Assembly (NCBI GenBank): GCA_964035545.1
Contig: OZ037773.1
Span: 8,523,751 to 8,587,750 of the forward strand
Origin: Bugula neritina
Taxonomy: Eukaryota; Animalia; Bryozoa
DNA: 64,000 nucleotides
Reading direction: 5' to 3'
In this document: positions 1 to 13,146 of the stretch, piece by piece
Position numbering within the stretch: position 1 is the stretch's first letter
Layout of the letters: the number at the start of each line of letters is the position of its first letter
Made by a program: the position numbers and the translations under genes
Notes under the pieces: generated by a model
What the model was told of the DNA's origin: nothing
Databases searched by the model: none
What the model saw: the letters and a program-made list of their open reading frames with translations, nothing else

Positions 1-715
1 CATAGCTAGATGTTATTATCATATCAAAATGTACTATTCATTTTGATATTCATATTGATCATATATTCATTTGGTTAGATCCAATTACAATATCATTCAA
101 TATGATATAATAATAATTATGGTTATCATTTAGTAACTCATATAGTTATACATATTATGATTAATTTCAGTTTATACAAGCAGCTTTAACTTTAAATTGA
201 TATTTTGCATGTCTAAGTTCTAATAGTTATAGCTATGCTAGTAGCTATAAGTAAATATTGATTCAGATAGAAATATAATTGATATCAAACAAGCATAATA
301 ATGGTGTTGGTTTTTGAATTTTAGTTGAAAAATGAAACTAGAAAATTTAATTAATTCGCTTAATTTTTTGCAACATTCTGTCTTGCTTGTTAAGTCTTGT
401 TTTGTTTTAGTATGAGTTTTATTTGCTGATAACATCAGTCTCATTATATCATAATGATATGTGTTTATAATCACCATAACTATGCTCACACTCATAATTA
501 TATATAATTTTTGTTAAACTTTATAATTATTCTCATTCCTCACACCAGTGCTAAATTAACAGTTATTATTTTTGAATGTAGTTAATCAAAAACTTATTTT
601 TTAAGAAAATTAGTGAGCATTGTAGAATTTTAAGCATAATGATGATCTAGCATTGCTTTTAACTATTGTGATAGATTGTGCCTTGGTTTTGTTCTTTTGT
701 TCAATAATGTTAATT

Positions 716-816
716 GGGGTCCGAAATTCGGAGTTCCGAATTTCGGCTTGACTGAAGATCGGTCCTCCCGATCTTCGGCCCTGCCGAATTTCGGAGCTAC
801 CGAACTTCGGGCCACA
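716..816. repeat. Array of six 11-bp palindromic units CCGAANTTCGG at 15-16 bp period
   Basis: Units at 721, 736, 752, 768, 784, 800; CpG-rich island in very AT-rich DNA. Confidence 0.8.
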
Positions 817-3013
817 CATACAAAAGATTCTTTGTTCTATGTTCTTTTGTTCGCTGTATATAAAAGCAGGCGAGTTATGGTGTAAAGCCAGTCTACTACT
901 GGAGCTCGCCTGGACAAGTTGATATTATTTTTCTACTATAATAAACATTTGGAACTCTACTACTTCAACCTATCTTGTTCTGCACTAAGTTACATTCAAC
1001 CCACAAGTTTATCACACTATTGTAGTAATAGTTTTGATTTTCATTTTTCTTCCAACATTTCCTTTGCTAAAACTACTGCCAGTGCCACTTTTACCATTTA
1101 TTCTTGTCCTGTGTTCACTTGAAAACAAAAACCAAGCTTGAAATAATATCCAACTTAATCAATAGTTAGATGCTATGTCCTTACTGTGGACTACCATTAT
1201 ACCTATATCATCGCATACCATCTTTTATAAGGCCTATGCGCACAGCATTTTGTGCTGGTACTTGTTGTTGTAACTGCATTAAGTGTAATGATAGTAAATG
1301 ATAGACAGAGTCATAGTAAGTTATTGGATGATTTCGGTCATTTTGTTTCACACTACTATTGCGTTGGGTATAACTATGATTATAGTTCTCGTTGACAGAA
1401 AGACCTTCAACTGCACCAGTTTTGATACTCATATTCAAAGTGATATAGAATGTCTAGTTATGACCAAATGTATTTGTGTATATTTTTACACCCTATACTC
1501 AGTTAGCCAGGCATTTATGCTGTAAGTAAAGTCTAATAAACACTTGTTTAGGTTATTGGTAATTCTTACCACTAATATCTATTTGTGTGTGATAAAAGTG
1601 GTATATACAGCTGAGCTAATGATTTCAGTTTATGCCAGTAACATTCCTTTCAGTATATGTATACTGGAATATACATATCTTGAAAATTATTGACATGCTT
1701 TAAAAATGTATTTTTTAGCTAAAAGGTAACTGGTAAAGTTTTTGTATTTTTGAAAAAAGCTTTAGTAAAATTATCTAATAACTACTGAATTACACCTCAC
1801 CATGATTACTTTCAAGTTTTAATTTAACTTTTAGTAACTTTACAGCAGTTTAATTCTGGCGAAACACTGATTCAAATTTATTTGAATATATTAAACTGAT
1901 TGTTTCCCTACTTGTTGTTTGTAAAAGCTCAGTTTCAGAGATGTTCTGTAATCCCATTCATATCTACTGGTTGTGCTATTATACACACTTTTGGCACCTT
2001 AAAATGGTTTGCACTCAAAAATAACCCAAATATATATATATTGGAGAAGCTGCTGGTAATGAATAAATTTACCATTGTAGCAGCATGCCACTTCGTTGCA
2101 GCCTCTCACATCTTGTCAGAATTGTGACCTTCACCCCCATCTGGTTTCTAGAAAATGCTCGGCCTTTGATGTCAAATTTTTTTCTTCACTCAGTCTTAGA
2201 CTCCTGTTAATATTTCACTCATGGTGGTTGCATAACGTAGAAATGTTGCTGTTTCTTCTTATCTCTGTGTGTTAAGAATTGAATTAGGATATAACCCCTT
2301 CCTGATATCAGCTGGGATACATTGTTAGGATATACCAGTGTTCTACTCTATGACTCATCACTAGTACTAAATACTCAATCCAGTATCATGCAGTTACAAC
2401 TGGATTCTCACTCCACTATCAGTTGCAGCATGTTTAGAAAACCTGCACAGCAACCAATACTCCCTCATGTGACCAAATATGTTCTCTTTCAACATTTTCA
2501 TTTTCATAACAAAATTTGTTTGTTCAACATATTGATGATTACAAGATTGTTGTTTTTGTTTACTGTTTGAAAGGTAGTTTTTGTTAGAAATTCCTACTTC
2601 CTAATGTCTTGTAAAGTTTTCAAAAAAATATCTAATGCATCATATAGTTTATGTTTAATAACTGGCCAATTTAATAAAGTGTTACATATTTTTTTCATGA
2701 AGATAACAATAAAAGAGGACAACTTACAAATGTCTCTTTTCCGGCAAGTTCTAAGCAGATGCTCTTCTCGCTGTCACCACTAACCCTTATAGATTAGTGC
2801 CATCAATGTAGCGCACTGTGTGACACCCTACGCAGGTACCCCCATCTGCTGGCTGTTCACTAAGTTATGGAAAATATTACATATGAACAAAAATTACTTG
2901 ACTTAACAAATTAGGATGTGCAGATGTATAACATAACACTGTCGTGATCATGAAGATTCTTATGTTTCAGATCATTCTGAGTTGCTAAGAGACAAGCATT
3001 TCCTGTTGATAAA

Positions 3014-5524
3014 ATGGATGGCGGCATACTTACCCTAGGTCACATGATATGCTGGATATTACTGTTTATATTCTCTCTCCTCACGATCGCCCCGATGACC
3101 GTGTTGATTACCAACTTCTCAGGGCACTGTCTCCTAGGTGTCAGTATTACTCAAATCATGTGAGTATATCAGGTGTCAACGCGTCAGTACATCAAGTGTC
3201 AATATTAGAGGTAGGTGCAGTTATAGAGAAATTGAAAAACGCCTGTGTTCTGGATAAAAAATGTAGCAAAAGAAGTTATGTTCTCGTGAGAATTTCAACC
3301 CCAAACCAAAAGTTAATAAAATTAAAGAACTTAGGCTATCTCAATTTCTCCACTACTGCTTTTAAATGGAGTATCATTAGATGCAGCATTTTAAGGTTCT
3401 GTGAAATAATGAAGAATATTTTATAGAAATGTATAATTCATTGCTGTATTGTAAATTAAAAATTGTCTTCCCCAAAGTCACGGCTCTAAAGTCTGCACGT
3501 TTTGTATCTCGGCACAAGTCATGTGACTCATGTCTCTCACCAACTCTCTCACAGCTGGTGTCTGTTGTAGCAATGCATCACAACCCGTCGTCATGGCTAG
3601 TATCCACGGTAACGGAGGCAGGTGTGCGTTCGTCGAGCTGATGGGTTTTCTGGCTCTTTTCATGAGTATCGGACTGCTAGTGTGGCACTCTTATGTGCTG
3701 TTCAACTTGTGGCAAAGGTGGGCAGTATTCACCCCCTCCCCTACCTCCCACTATAGCCATTGTATTAAGTAGCGTTATTGTGTGTTTCTTGGGTCAAGGT
3801 TTTATCAAACTTATATAAATTTAGAGCGTTCACTTTTTAAAATTTCTGAATCATGAAATTTGGAAGAAAGGAGATAACTCTCAATAAACCAAATGAATTT
3901 TAAAATAATTATGTTACTCACTTTTACAAAAAAAATATTTTTAAGCACTGCCAAATTCGTAGAACCTATTTTCTGGAAGTTTTAGTCATTCACTATAAAT
4001 TAGAAATGCTGCAGAGTAACTGTTCACTGCAATTATTCGTAAGAATTTCCAAATTGGTCTGTTTTATAGATACAAGTAATTTTCCAGTCGATTTTATTCT
4101 AATTCATTCAAATCAGCCATTTGTAGATTAAAAATTTAAACTCTTTGATTTTTAAAAAACCTACTCTTACATAAATGAATCAATTAATAGAGAACTTTAT
4201 GCGGTTTCTAATAAGGAATTCTAACATAACATGGTGGGACAACTCTTGTAGCTCATGGCAAGAAAACTTTGCTGGTACAGCCATATCTGCTGCCTTAATG
4301 ATATTGATGCTCATAGCCAGTTCTGTCCTGACATCATCTGTCAACAAGTTCTGTTTGGAACTGAGACACAACTCTCTCGGGTTAGTGTGACTGTACTCTC
4401 AGTGTAACACTGTACTCTCAGTATAAATCTGTACTCTCAGTATAAATCTGTACTCTCAGTGTAACTCTGTACTCTCAGTGTGACTCTGTACTCTCAGTGT
4501 AACTCTGTACTGTCAGTGTAACTCTGTACTCTCACTATAACTTTGCACTCTCAGTGTAACTCTGTACTCTCACTATAACTCTATACTCTCAGTGTAACTT
4601 TGTACTCTCACTATAACTCTGTACTCTCAGTATAAATCTGTACTCTCAGTGTGACTCTGTACTCTCAGTGTAACTCTGTACTCTCAGTGTGACTCTGTAC
4701 TCTCAGTGTGACTCTGTACTCTCAGTGTAACTCTGTACTCTCAGTGTAACACTGTACTCTCAGTATAAATCTGTACTCTCACTATAACTCTGTACTGTCA
4801 GTGTAACTCTGTACTCTCACTATAATTTTATACTCTCAGTGTAACTCTGTACTCTCAGTGTAACACTGTACTCTCAGTATAAATCTGTACTCTCACTATA
4901 ACTCTGTACTGTCAGTGTAACTCTGTACTCTCACTATAATTTTATACTCTCAGTGTAACTCTGTACTCTCAGTGTGACTGTACTCTCAGTGTGACTGTAT
5001 ACTCACAGTATAACTATTTCAGATGCAATTCTGTGAACTACCATCACAATTCTTTATGGATAAGGTTTATAAACTCGGAGGGTAAGGAGGTGGAGAATAT
5101 TCACACTACTGGCTTTTATACTCTGCTGCAACTCACACAGGTATGTGCTATTCTTACTAATGTAGGCGTGTCACTCACGAATATAGGCGTGTCACTCACT
5201 AATGTAGGCGCGTCACTCACTAATGTAGGCGCGTCACTCACGAATGTAGGCGTGTCACTCACGAATGTAGGCGTGTCACTCACGAATGTAGGCGTGTCAC
5301 TCACTATTATAGGTATGTAATCAGGTTCAGGTAGTGTCACCAGAGTAGCTGTGATTTTTCAGGTGGGTGGTTGGCTCTGCTTCCTAACGCTTGTCGCCGT
5401 CACCATGATTTACAACGCAAAGCAGAGAAGCTCCTCCTTTGGACAGCCAGTGGCTAAGAATATTGGTAGAGAGAGGCAAAGACTCATCAATGGAGATCAG
5501 CGACGCTACGACCAAATCTCCTGA
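3014..5524 (+). CDS. TMEM179: TMEM179-family four-pass membrane protein (~245 aa, 5 coding exons)
   Basis: Phase-consistent GT-AG exons 3014-3159, 3571-3717, 4216-4380, 5023-5140, 5363-5524. Translation MDGGILTLGHMICWILLFIFSLLTIAPMTVLITNFSGHCLL...GRCAFVELMGFLALF...LIASSVLTSSVNKFC...VGGWLCFLTL...ERQRLINGDQRRYDQIS*. The FxGxCLL motif after TM1, the CxF before TM2 and four hydrophobic segments fit TMEM179 from memory. Tail has ExxxLI and YxxI sorting motifs. Confidence 0.75.
4383..5010. repeat. 19-bp minisatellite (TGTAACTCTGTACTCTCAG), ~33 copies, fills TMEM179 intron 3
   Basis: Direct reading; the intron is 4381-5022. Confidence 0.95.
5152..5312. repeat. 21-bp minisatellite (CACGAATGTAGGCGTGTCACT), ~7 copies, TMEM179 intron 4
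   Basis: Direct reading; explains repetitive ORFs 4991..5320 and 5116..5340. Confidence 0.95.
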
Positions 5525-7500
5525 ATATTCTCACGGTACGTTGTGTCACACCGTGTCATGTCAGTGTACTGTGACAGTCTGGTCACACCAGTTCAGTCTT
5601 GCCGTATAAAGACTGCCGGTATTGATTCTTTGAGTTGTTCTACTCACACTTGTTTTTCTGTCATTATTAATTGCTGAAGAAAAGTTGCGTGATGTGTGTA
5701 TTGGGTTGAGAGACTGTAATATTAGGTTTTATTCATAACTAGTGTAGATCTGAGATTAACTTTTCAATATGAGAAAAGTTAAACATGTCTGCTGTTTATT
5801 TGTAGTAACTATTTAGAGACTAAATTGCCGTCTGCATGAGGACAAAGTATCCAATCAGATTAGAGTTGTGGTGTTTTTTATCCATACTTGTAACACAACA
5901 TGTTTTATTCTGTGATAGATTGCTTTTGTATCTTTTTTTTTTTAGATTGGAACAGCCAACAAAGTAGAGCTGTGACGTTTCCCTCTTTTATTTATTAGAC
6001 CTTGCTGACTCAATCCAAAAATTGCTGACTAAATCAGAACAGTGCTATACACCCAATCCGTTGTGCATATTCTAAGTTATATCAATCATACTGTCACATT
6101 TCACTCATATTTGTACTTCAACATTTCCTATATGTACGCCATTATGTTCTTCTACTCGACAATCTCGCCGTTATTGCCATTTGCTCCATTAACACCCACA
6201 TCTATAGTCATTGGTGCTTTTCTCATTTTATTTGTGTTGCATTTTACTGCATGATTGTGTGTATTTTATTGGCTCAGCGTGTTTCATGTTGTTGAACTTT
6301 TTGTCGTCTTTTGTTGTAATGTAACCACACGAGATTCTGTTCACCCCGGAGAAGTATCTCAATTCGTATTTATTCACCAAAGAGTTCACTTTATATATGA
6401 TTTATTCTAATATGTTTTAGTAATACTAGTAGCAGCTGATTTCAGTTTTCTGGAAGTTTCTATTCATTCAACTCTTGACTGCGCCTAAATGATTATAAAA
6501 GAAATGAATTATTATTTATGCAATATTATAACTGCTGATATTTTTGTATTGGTGAAAAACTTGTTTTATTTTTTAGTATTGCGTGATTTACTCTTGCATA
6601 ATAAAGTTTATGAGGTGTAACGTGTCTTTTTTTGTTACCTTAGTTATTAAATTGATGTGTTTAAGCAGATCTAGAAGAAAAAATGATGATTCTTTGATGT
6701 GCTATTTGAAAGTCCCACAGTTGCTGCGTATTCTATAAAAATACTGCACAATTATAGTCAAATCTAAAACAATTTTAGACATCTTCTTCGAATAACATGG
6801 AATAAGCTACTGCATGCACCTCAGTGGTCTGTAGACACCAGCTGTTTCAGGAGTTAATAATAGTTGGGACAGCTTCCCGATTAGACATCTATGAGAAGTA
6901 TATACTGCATCAATACGTTACGTCTTAGTTAGCACACCTGCAAGCAACTGTTGGTGAAAAAATCTAAGACTACTTTTGCTACTCTGAAAGATTGGCTGCC
7001 AGGACAGTGACTAGGAAATCTCATCCTGACATGTTGTTATACTCTACATAGTAATCTTATGGACATCAAAATCTCAGAACTGAGCAGATAAAAGCCAAAG
7101 TAGATGTCTGGGGGGGGGGGGAGAAAAATTTAACCAATAGCCTGGAATTTTATTGCCATTGGCATGTGTAGAAGTGCTAACGGATAACAGTGAAACACAG
7201 ATCTATTGTTGAAATATAGAGTTACATGTATTATATATTTGCAAATTGAAACAGTAATAAAAGTTTTAGTTACATTATAAAATTATAAGATATACATTAT
7301 AGAATATAGAGGTTTCACAAATTGATCATGTATCAACAAATATACTAATATTGTGAAATGTGAAAAAATGTTAATAAATGTACATATATATTGTGAAAAG
7401 AAATATTTGAAAATTATAAGAACATAATTGTGTATAAAATTTTTCAAGCAATGTAATCATACAGATTTCAGTCAAACATAATATTGTGTTGAGAATATTA

Positions 7501-10500
7501 TTAACTGGTCGAAAAATCGTTTTTCGCTTCCTCCATGTAAGGCTGTTGGAAATGCAAATTGTTATCATAGTTTGTTGAGGAGTGACATGAAGACTGCAGA
7601 CAGTGTAGCTCTTCGGGAGAGCAAGGAATGTTCTCACACGAAGGTCTGCTGCCGCTACTCTGGCATCGGTAACCAACAGCGTACGGAATTATGCAATTGG
7701 CTGAAGAGTCCCATGATACAGCATCTCTGTCATCTCCATGGCCAAGGAGTACGCAACGTCTGGGAGGTACTTTTGACTTTGGTCTGAACTCCTCGTAGAC
7801 TGGGGCTCTGACAAAGCAGGGGGGAAGAGGGGCTAGTTCCCTTGGTGCCCGATCTTCTACACCTCTCCTGTGTAATAAACTCAAGTTTCAGCTCCTTTAA
7901 ATTACATGAAGTTGTGTTCCAATAACATAATACCACAATATATATAATTCAATTTAATCGCTTCGTATTGAATAATAGTTTATCATATATTATAGATTTT
8001 AACCCCATACTGGCAGCATGAATACATGTAATATTTAATCAACATTTGTAAAGTTAAGGGACGGTCTCTTTAGCTGGACAAATATTTCATGGACAAACCT
8101 TTTTCTCCTCACCATCATTGCCAGGAGTACTACAATTAGTAGCACTACTGCAACAGCCAATACGAGGACAGCGTATGATGTCCAGTCATCAAAGGAAAGG
8201 AAGTCACTCACGATTGCTTCTACAAAAAGAGAAAAGTTCAAGCTTACAATATTATTCTGACTATCTTTTTACTATCTTTTACCACTTTCATCCGCAACAA
8301 TTGTTATTGGGAGAGATAATATTATTTGTTGAAAATCATCATGCTCAATAAAAACATAAATTCTATAACACTAGAAGCTGTGGTGTAATGATATATTATG
8401 TTGTTTATAATGTAGTAACAACATAGCCCAAAAAGCAAGTATAAAATACAGAAAAATGAATTATGTTGTACCATTTCAAATTCTAAAGAAAGTTTACAAA
8501 AAGTTATGATGTATCTTTGAAATAAAGTAAAAACATATTTTACTCTGATACTTACAAGTCAAGACCAAAAAATGTATTGATGTTATGATTTGCTAAAATT
8601 CAACTTTGAACCTTAAAAAAATAGTTGCACTTAGATTTCATGCTTCAATAATTCTCATTTCTTAAACTCACCTGATTTAGCCGTCTTTGCTTCAACCTCT
8701 ACGAAAGATGTTGTTTTCATCACAGAAGGTGAAGTTGTCAGCGTTACTTTGTGTGTTGTTGTATACTGGGGGATAGCATCTATAAACATGTACAACACAT
8801 TGCATTGCATAATATATTATAATAGATATGATTTGCAATTTGCATATTATATAATAAAATAGAATAAATTTCACATTATATTATATAATAAAATATAATG
8901 AATTTCACTTTATATAATATAATGAATTTCACATTATACAATATAAAATTTTTTTAGTAATTACAGAACATATAATGCCAACTTGCATGCAAATTGAAAC
9001 ACTAACCTATGTTTTTCATTTATCACTTTGAGAGAGAAAAGCCAGATGTAAATTTATTAAATTGTGAATGTTGAAGGCCCAAGAGTGTGCAGAAAGCAAT
9101 TTGTTGTGTTCATCGATATTGCAATTAATAAGAACATAGTCTATGACATTATTTAGGGGAGAGTACAGCTCGTAACATTCCATTATAGGCTGATGAAAAG
9201 TATATTTCATTACTGTAGTTATATATAACAACTTTAACATAAGTGCATAGAGCTCAGTACAATTATAATAAAACACACTAACTCATTTGTTGTAAGGCAA
9301 AACTGTGAGCAGGTATTTCCAACATGACTATTATGTGTAGAGCAGTAGATATGAAAGATAGCGTTACTATCAGCTCTCATGACACATTATGGATATATTA
9401 TTTTGCATTGTGTAGTAGTATATTACATTACTCACCTTCTAAGGTAAGTACTTCCACACAGTCTTGATAACCAACATACAGTTGTCCTCCACTAGCTGAT
9501 ACACTGTTAGGTGATTTGTCGGCGCAGCTTCCGTTTAGGCTGGCGTTCCAAAAATTAGCTTTTTGTGAGTTGAGCAAATCAAATTGATGAATACCATCAT
9601 GGTCGGCAACCAGGAGTATGTCCACAGAGCGCAGAATGTAGAGGTCTTCTATATTTCGATACACTTCTTTTGAGCTTATTGTGCTATAATTTGTAGCACC
9701 ATTTACCTCTAGCAAGCGAGACCCCGTTGATAGTAGCAAATTGTTATTTTTTGGATTTACAGCCAAACTCCGTAAGTTGATGAGTTGGTGATCATCTTTT
9801 AGAATTGTTTCTACCCGCACACTTTGATAGTCTGCTGAGACTCGCAACAGCCGAACAGCGCTGTTCTTGGAGTCAGTTAAGTAGTACTGATCTTTCCCCT
9901 TGGCCGATACTATAGCATGTGGCTCATTGAATCTAGCTTCTGTACCTTCACCATTATTAAATTCAAAAAATGTACATCTACCGGCAAAAGGACTCGTTGA
10001 ATTTGTTGTTCTATCGACCAATCGCAGGCAATGATTTCTCTTATCAACAACTATGATATGTGAAGAGTTGACTTGGTGGAAACTTGTTATCAGGTTGAAC
10101 CTGGCTGAGAGACCTTGACCTTCTGAGTAACCTGATCGAGAATTTCCAACAAAGGTTTCAAGCCGCTTATCATGCTGCAAAGTACCCAGAGACTGAAAAG
10201 TGGCTATTATGAGTTGATGCCCAGGATTCCCTTTGTCCTCTTCAATGTGATTGGCTGTTGATGGGTATATTGACTGAGAATATCTTTTGTTCCCTGTTAT
10301 TGTTAACCTAATGGTTCAATAAAATTATTATTCAATATATCAGGCAAAAATGGTTCAGTTAAAAATTGCACAGGTAAAAATGGCACAGGTAAAAATTGCA
10401 CATTTTCAACTCTGGGGTTTGGGGGTTTGAGTTTGAGGTTTGGGAACATTTAAAATTAGCGTGCCATATTTGCTTAATTTCTGATTTGCACCATTATTAC

Positions 10501-10890
10501 CTGTGCCATTTTTACCTAAAGTTGCAAAAACTGGCAAGGTTGTACAAAACCAAGTTAGTATTATTTCTCAGCAACAAACATTTTACTTAAAAGCATTTCA
10601 GAGGGGGGGATGAAAACCCGCATGTTCTTACGATCAATCTATTCAGCATTGGCTTTTGTTTTACTCGGCCTGTTTTTGGTAATGTAAGATGAATAAATAG
10701 CATACGATGATTGTATCCACAAACTTTAATAAACATTATAATAATATATGTAACTAAAGCATGCTACCTGGCTGTACAAGTAAATAATCTATATGGCTAT
10801 TTCCTGAAAGAAAATTATTTTAACTTACCCAAGATATATGTTTATTAGTGATGAAACAATGAGATAAAGTTGAAGGAATAATTTAAGCAT
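7501..10890 (-). CDS. Type I membrane protein with NHL-repeat beta-propeller ectodomain (~509 aa, 5 exons)
   Basis: Phase-consistent exons 10890-10829 (signal peptide MLKLFLQLYLIVSSLINIYLG), 10307-9436 (NHL repeats GYSEGQGLSARFN..IIVVDKRNHCLRLV and NGEGTEARFNEPHAI..YYLTDSKNSAVRLL), 8779-8672 (Thr/Ser stalk), 8219-8099 (TM YAVLVLAVAVVLLIVVLLAMMV then RRKR), 7867-7501 (cytoplasmic tail). Total 1530 nt with no internal stop. Confidence 0.8.
10357..10518. mobile_element. Short MITE-like element in intron 1 of the NHL receptor gene
   Basis: Three tandem AGGTAAAAAT(T/G)GCAC-like units on the left, inverted GTGCCATTTTTACCT-like units on the right, and a GGGTTT-like centre. Confidence 0.6.
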
Positions 10891-10964
10891 TATTATTCAG
10901 ATATGTGCCCTCTTGTCCTTTATTTGACCTGGAAGAGTCCTCCCCCTACTCTACATTAATCTGA

Positions 10965-11694
10965 GCATTCAGCTATGTAGCTAGGTTGAAAGCTCAACAT
11001 GAAATGCTATTCTTGCAGTATATTCTGTGTAACTAAGTCTTTTCAGTAATGAGTCATGCCAAGTTACATAACACCCAATGAACTGATATTCCAAAACTTC
11101 CTTGTTCAACTATATAAACAATGCAACGTTAACTCTATTACGATACAAGTATATAAGGACTGATAAAGTAGATGCCACTGCATACCAATAGATAAGAGAA
11201 ATCTACTGTTATTGTTGATGCAAGTTGCTACGGCTCAATTGCATGCAATTTCAAAAAGTAAAAGTTTATTGTAGCCATTAAATATTTCGTTATTTACAAT
11301 TCTATAATCTGTTTGCTTTTGATTGATATATAAAGCTGAATGCCGTTAATTATAGAATAGTATGCATAAGATTCCAAAGTTGTTGCATTCATGTCTTAAT
11401 TTGCAAAAAGAAACATACATTTTCAAGTTTTGATTAAAGATCCATCAATTTAAATGCATATAATTCTGCTATAGTATATTTGCTATGTTCACACCACCGT
11501 GGGCATTCAGTTATGCAGCTAGGCTGCAGGATCAACATTAAATGCTATTCTTGCATTATAGTCTTTGTAACATAATCCTTTTCAGTCATGAGTCATGCTA
11601 AGTTACATAAAAGCCAATGAATTATCTTTACAAAAAGTTCTTTGCTTAATTTAACAATACATTATTAACTTCATTACAATACAAATACACTAGG
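10965..11694. repeat. Diverged ~195-bp direct duplication (10965-11160 and 11503-11694) upstream of the NHL receptor gene
   Basis: Colinear blocks GCATTCAG..AAATGCTATTCTTGCA..TTTTCAGT(A/C)ATGAGTCATGC(C/T)AAGTTACATAA..CCAATGAA. Confidence 0.85.
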
Positions 11695-12825
11695 TATCAT
11701 AACCTGGGTGACTTCCCCCTTGGTGGTAATTTTAGCTTTTAATGGAGGGGAAAAATTTCACACAGGTGGTGAGTTGCGTAAATTTGAGCTCTTGCCTTGT
11801 TTCCCAATTACAGTACGGGTATATCTATAAATCCCATACCATAGTTCGTTTACTTATCTGAACTACATTTTGCAGTCTAAGTCTATTATTCACTTCAACA
11901 TAACTACTACCCTTGCTATACTGTGAATTGAAGCTAGAAAGTTTCAATTGAAAGCCAATTAAAACTAACAGCGGCCATGCAAGCTATGAGTCACCACCTT
12001 TCTGTGAGGTGAGATTCTCATTAATGCTAACCATTGAAAACAAGAAGTGACTTGCCAAGTAGCCTGAGAAGGTGCCAGGTTCAAAAGAGCCAGACTTGAG
12101 CAAGATGGCACAAAAGCATCAGCTGCAGCCATCACATTAATAATTGAACTGCTCTGTATTTTAGAAATGCATAATATAATTATCAGAGACAATTATAATA
12201 TTATGATCCAATATTACAGAACAAATATAGATTTGTATAGTATATTGACTATCAAATAAATTGGGAGGAAGTTGATAGTACAAGTTTGTGAAAGAGAGAA
12301 TAGTATGAAGGTGGAAAACCACTTCGTTATACCATATTTGTTTATTATTCTTGTACATACATGCATGTTATTCGTAAGGTTTTAATCAAAGGGGCTAAGC
12401 TTTTGTGGCTGAAGCTAAATTGACTTGCATAACATTTTATTGCATTAAATATTATACTATACAAAATTTATATATAAATATCATTAGCTATCTAGTTACA
12501 AGTTGTAACACACTGACAATACTTGATATATTATTATACTACTTCATTCAATATGAGAAAAGCTAACTTAAAAGGATGATTGGCATGATACAACAATATG
12601 AAATATCAAGACATAACTTAAACTGTAAAAGCAGCTACAATCATAAAAATATAAAATGTGTAAAACATATCAAAGTAGTATATTGAATATAATGAATAGA
12701 AAAAAGAGAGAGAGAGCTAGTATTTATAAATTCACAGGTATTTTAGAAAGGAAAATATTATAAAACAGAGTATAAAATCCATCAACAGTGACTGGTTGTG
12801 ATGGAGTAACCATTTGGTTCTGAGA

Positions 12826-12985
12826 GGTAGGTAACAGGTGAGTAGGTAACAGGTGGGTGAGCAACGTGTGATTAGGTAAAAGATGAGCAGGTAATGACTG
12901 AACAGGTAATCAGGTAATGAGTGAACAGGTAGCCAGTGAGTATGTAATGAGTGAGTAGGTAATGAGTGAACAGGTAACAGGTAAT
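12826..12985. repeat. Degenerate AGGTAA(C/T)GAGTGA-type tandem repeat downstream of the SLC5 stop
   Basis: Direct reading. Confidence 0.7.
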
Positions 12986-13146
12986 CAAAGTAGTTTAGAA
13001 ACAAATTAATCACACCTGAGATACACAGTAATTGTCTTTATTCGAACTTATTTTTTAATGACATGAAAATTTTCAAAATCTAATTTCAACAAAATATTGA
13101 TCACAGCTTTCATCAACTTGAAATAATTTGTATAGATAATATACAT

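Noticed and set aside
716-816. CRISPR-like repeat-spacer array
   Set aside because: Repeats are 11 bp and spacers 4-5 bp, there are no cas genes, and the context is eukaryotic.
867-912. SECIS element
   Set aside because: No AUGA/GA core, and no in-frame TGA is required in any gene model here.
1298-1525. Hydrophobic 75-aa ORF
   Set aside because: No recognisable motif or convincing splice context; such ORFs are expected in AT-rich DNA.
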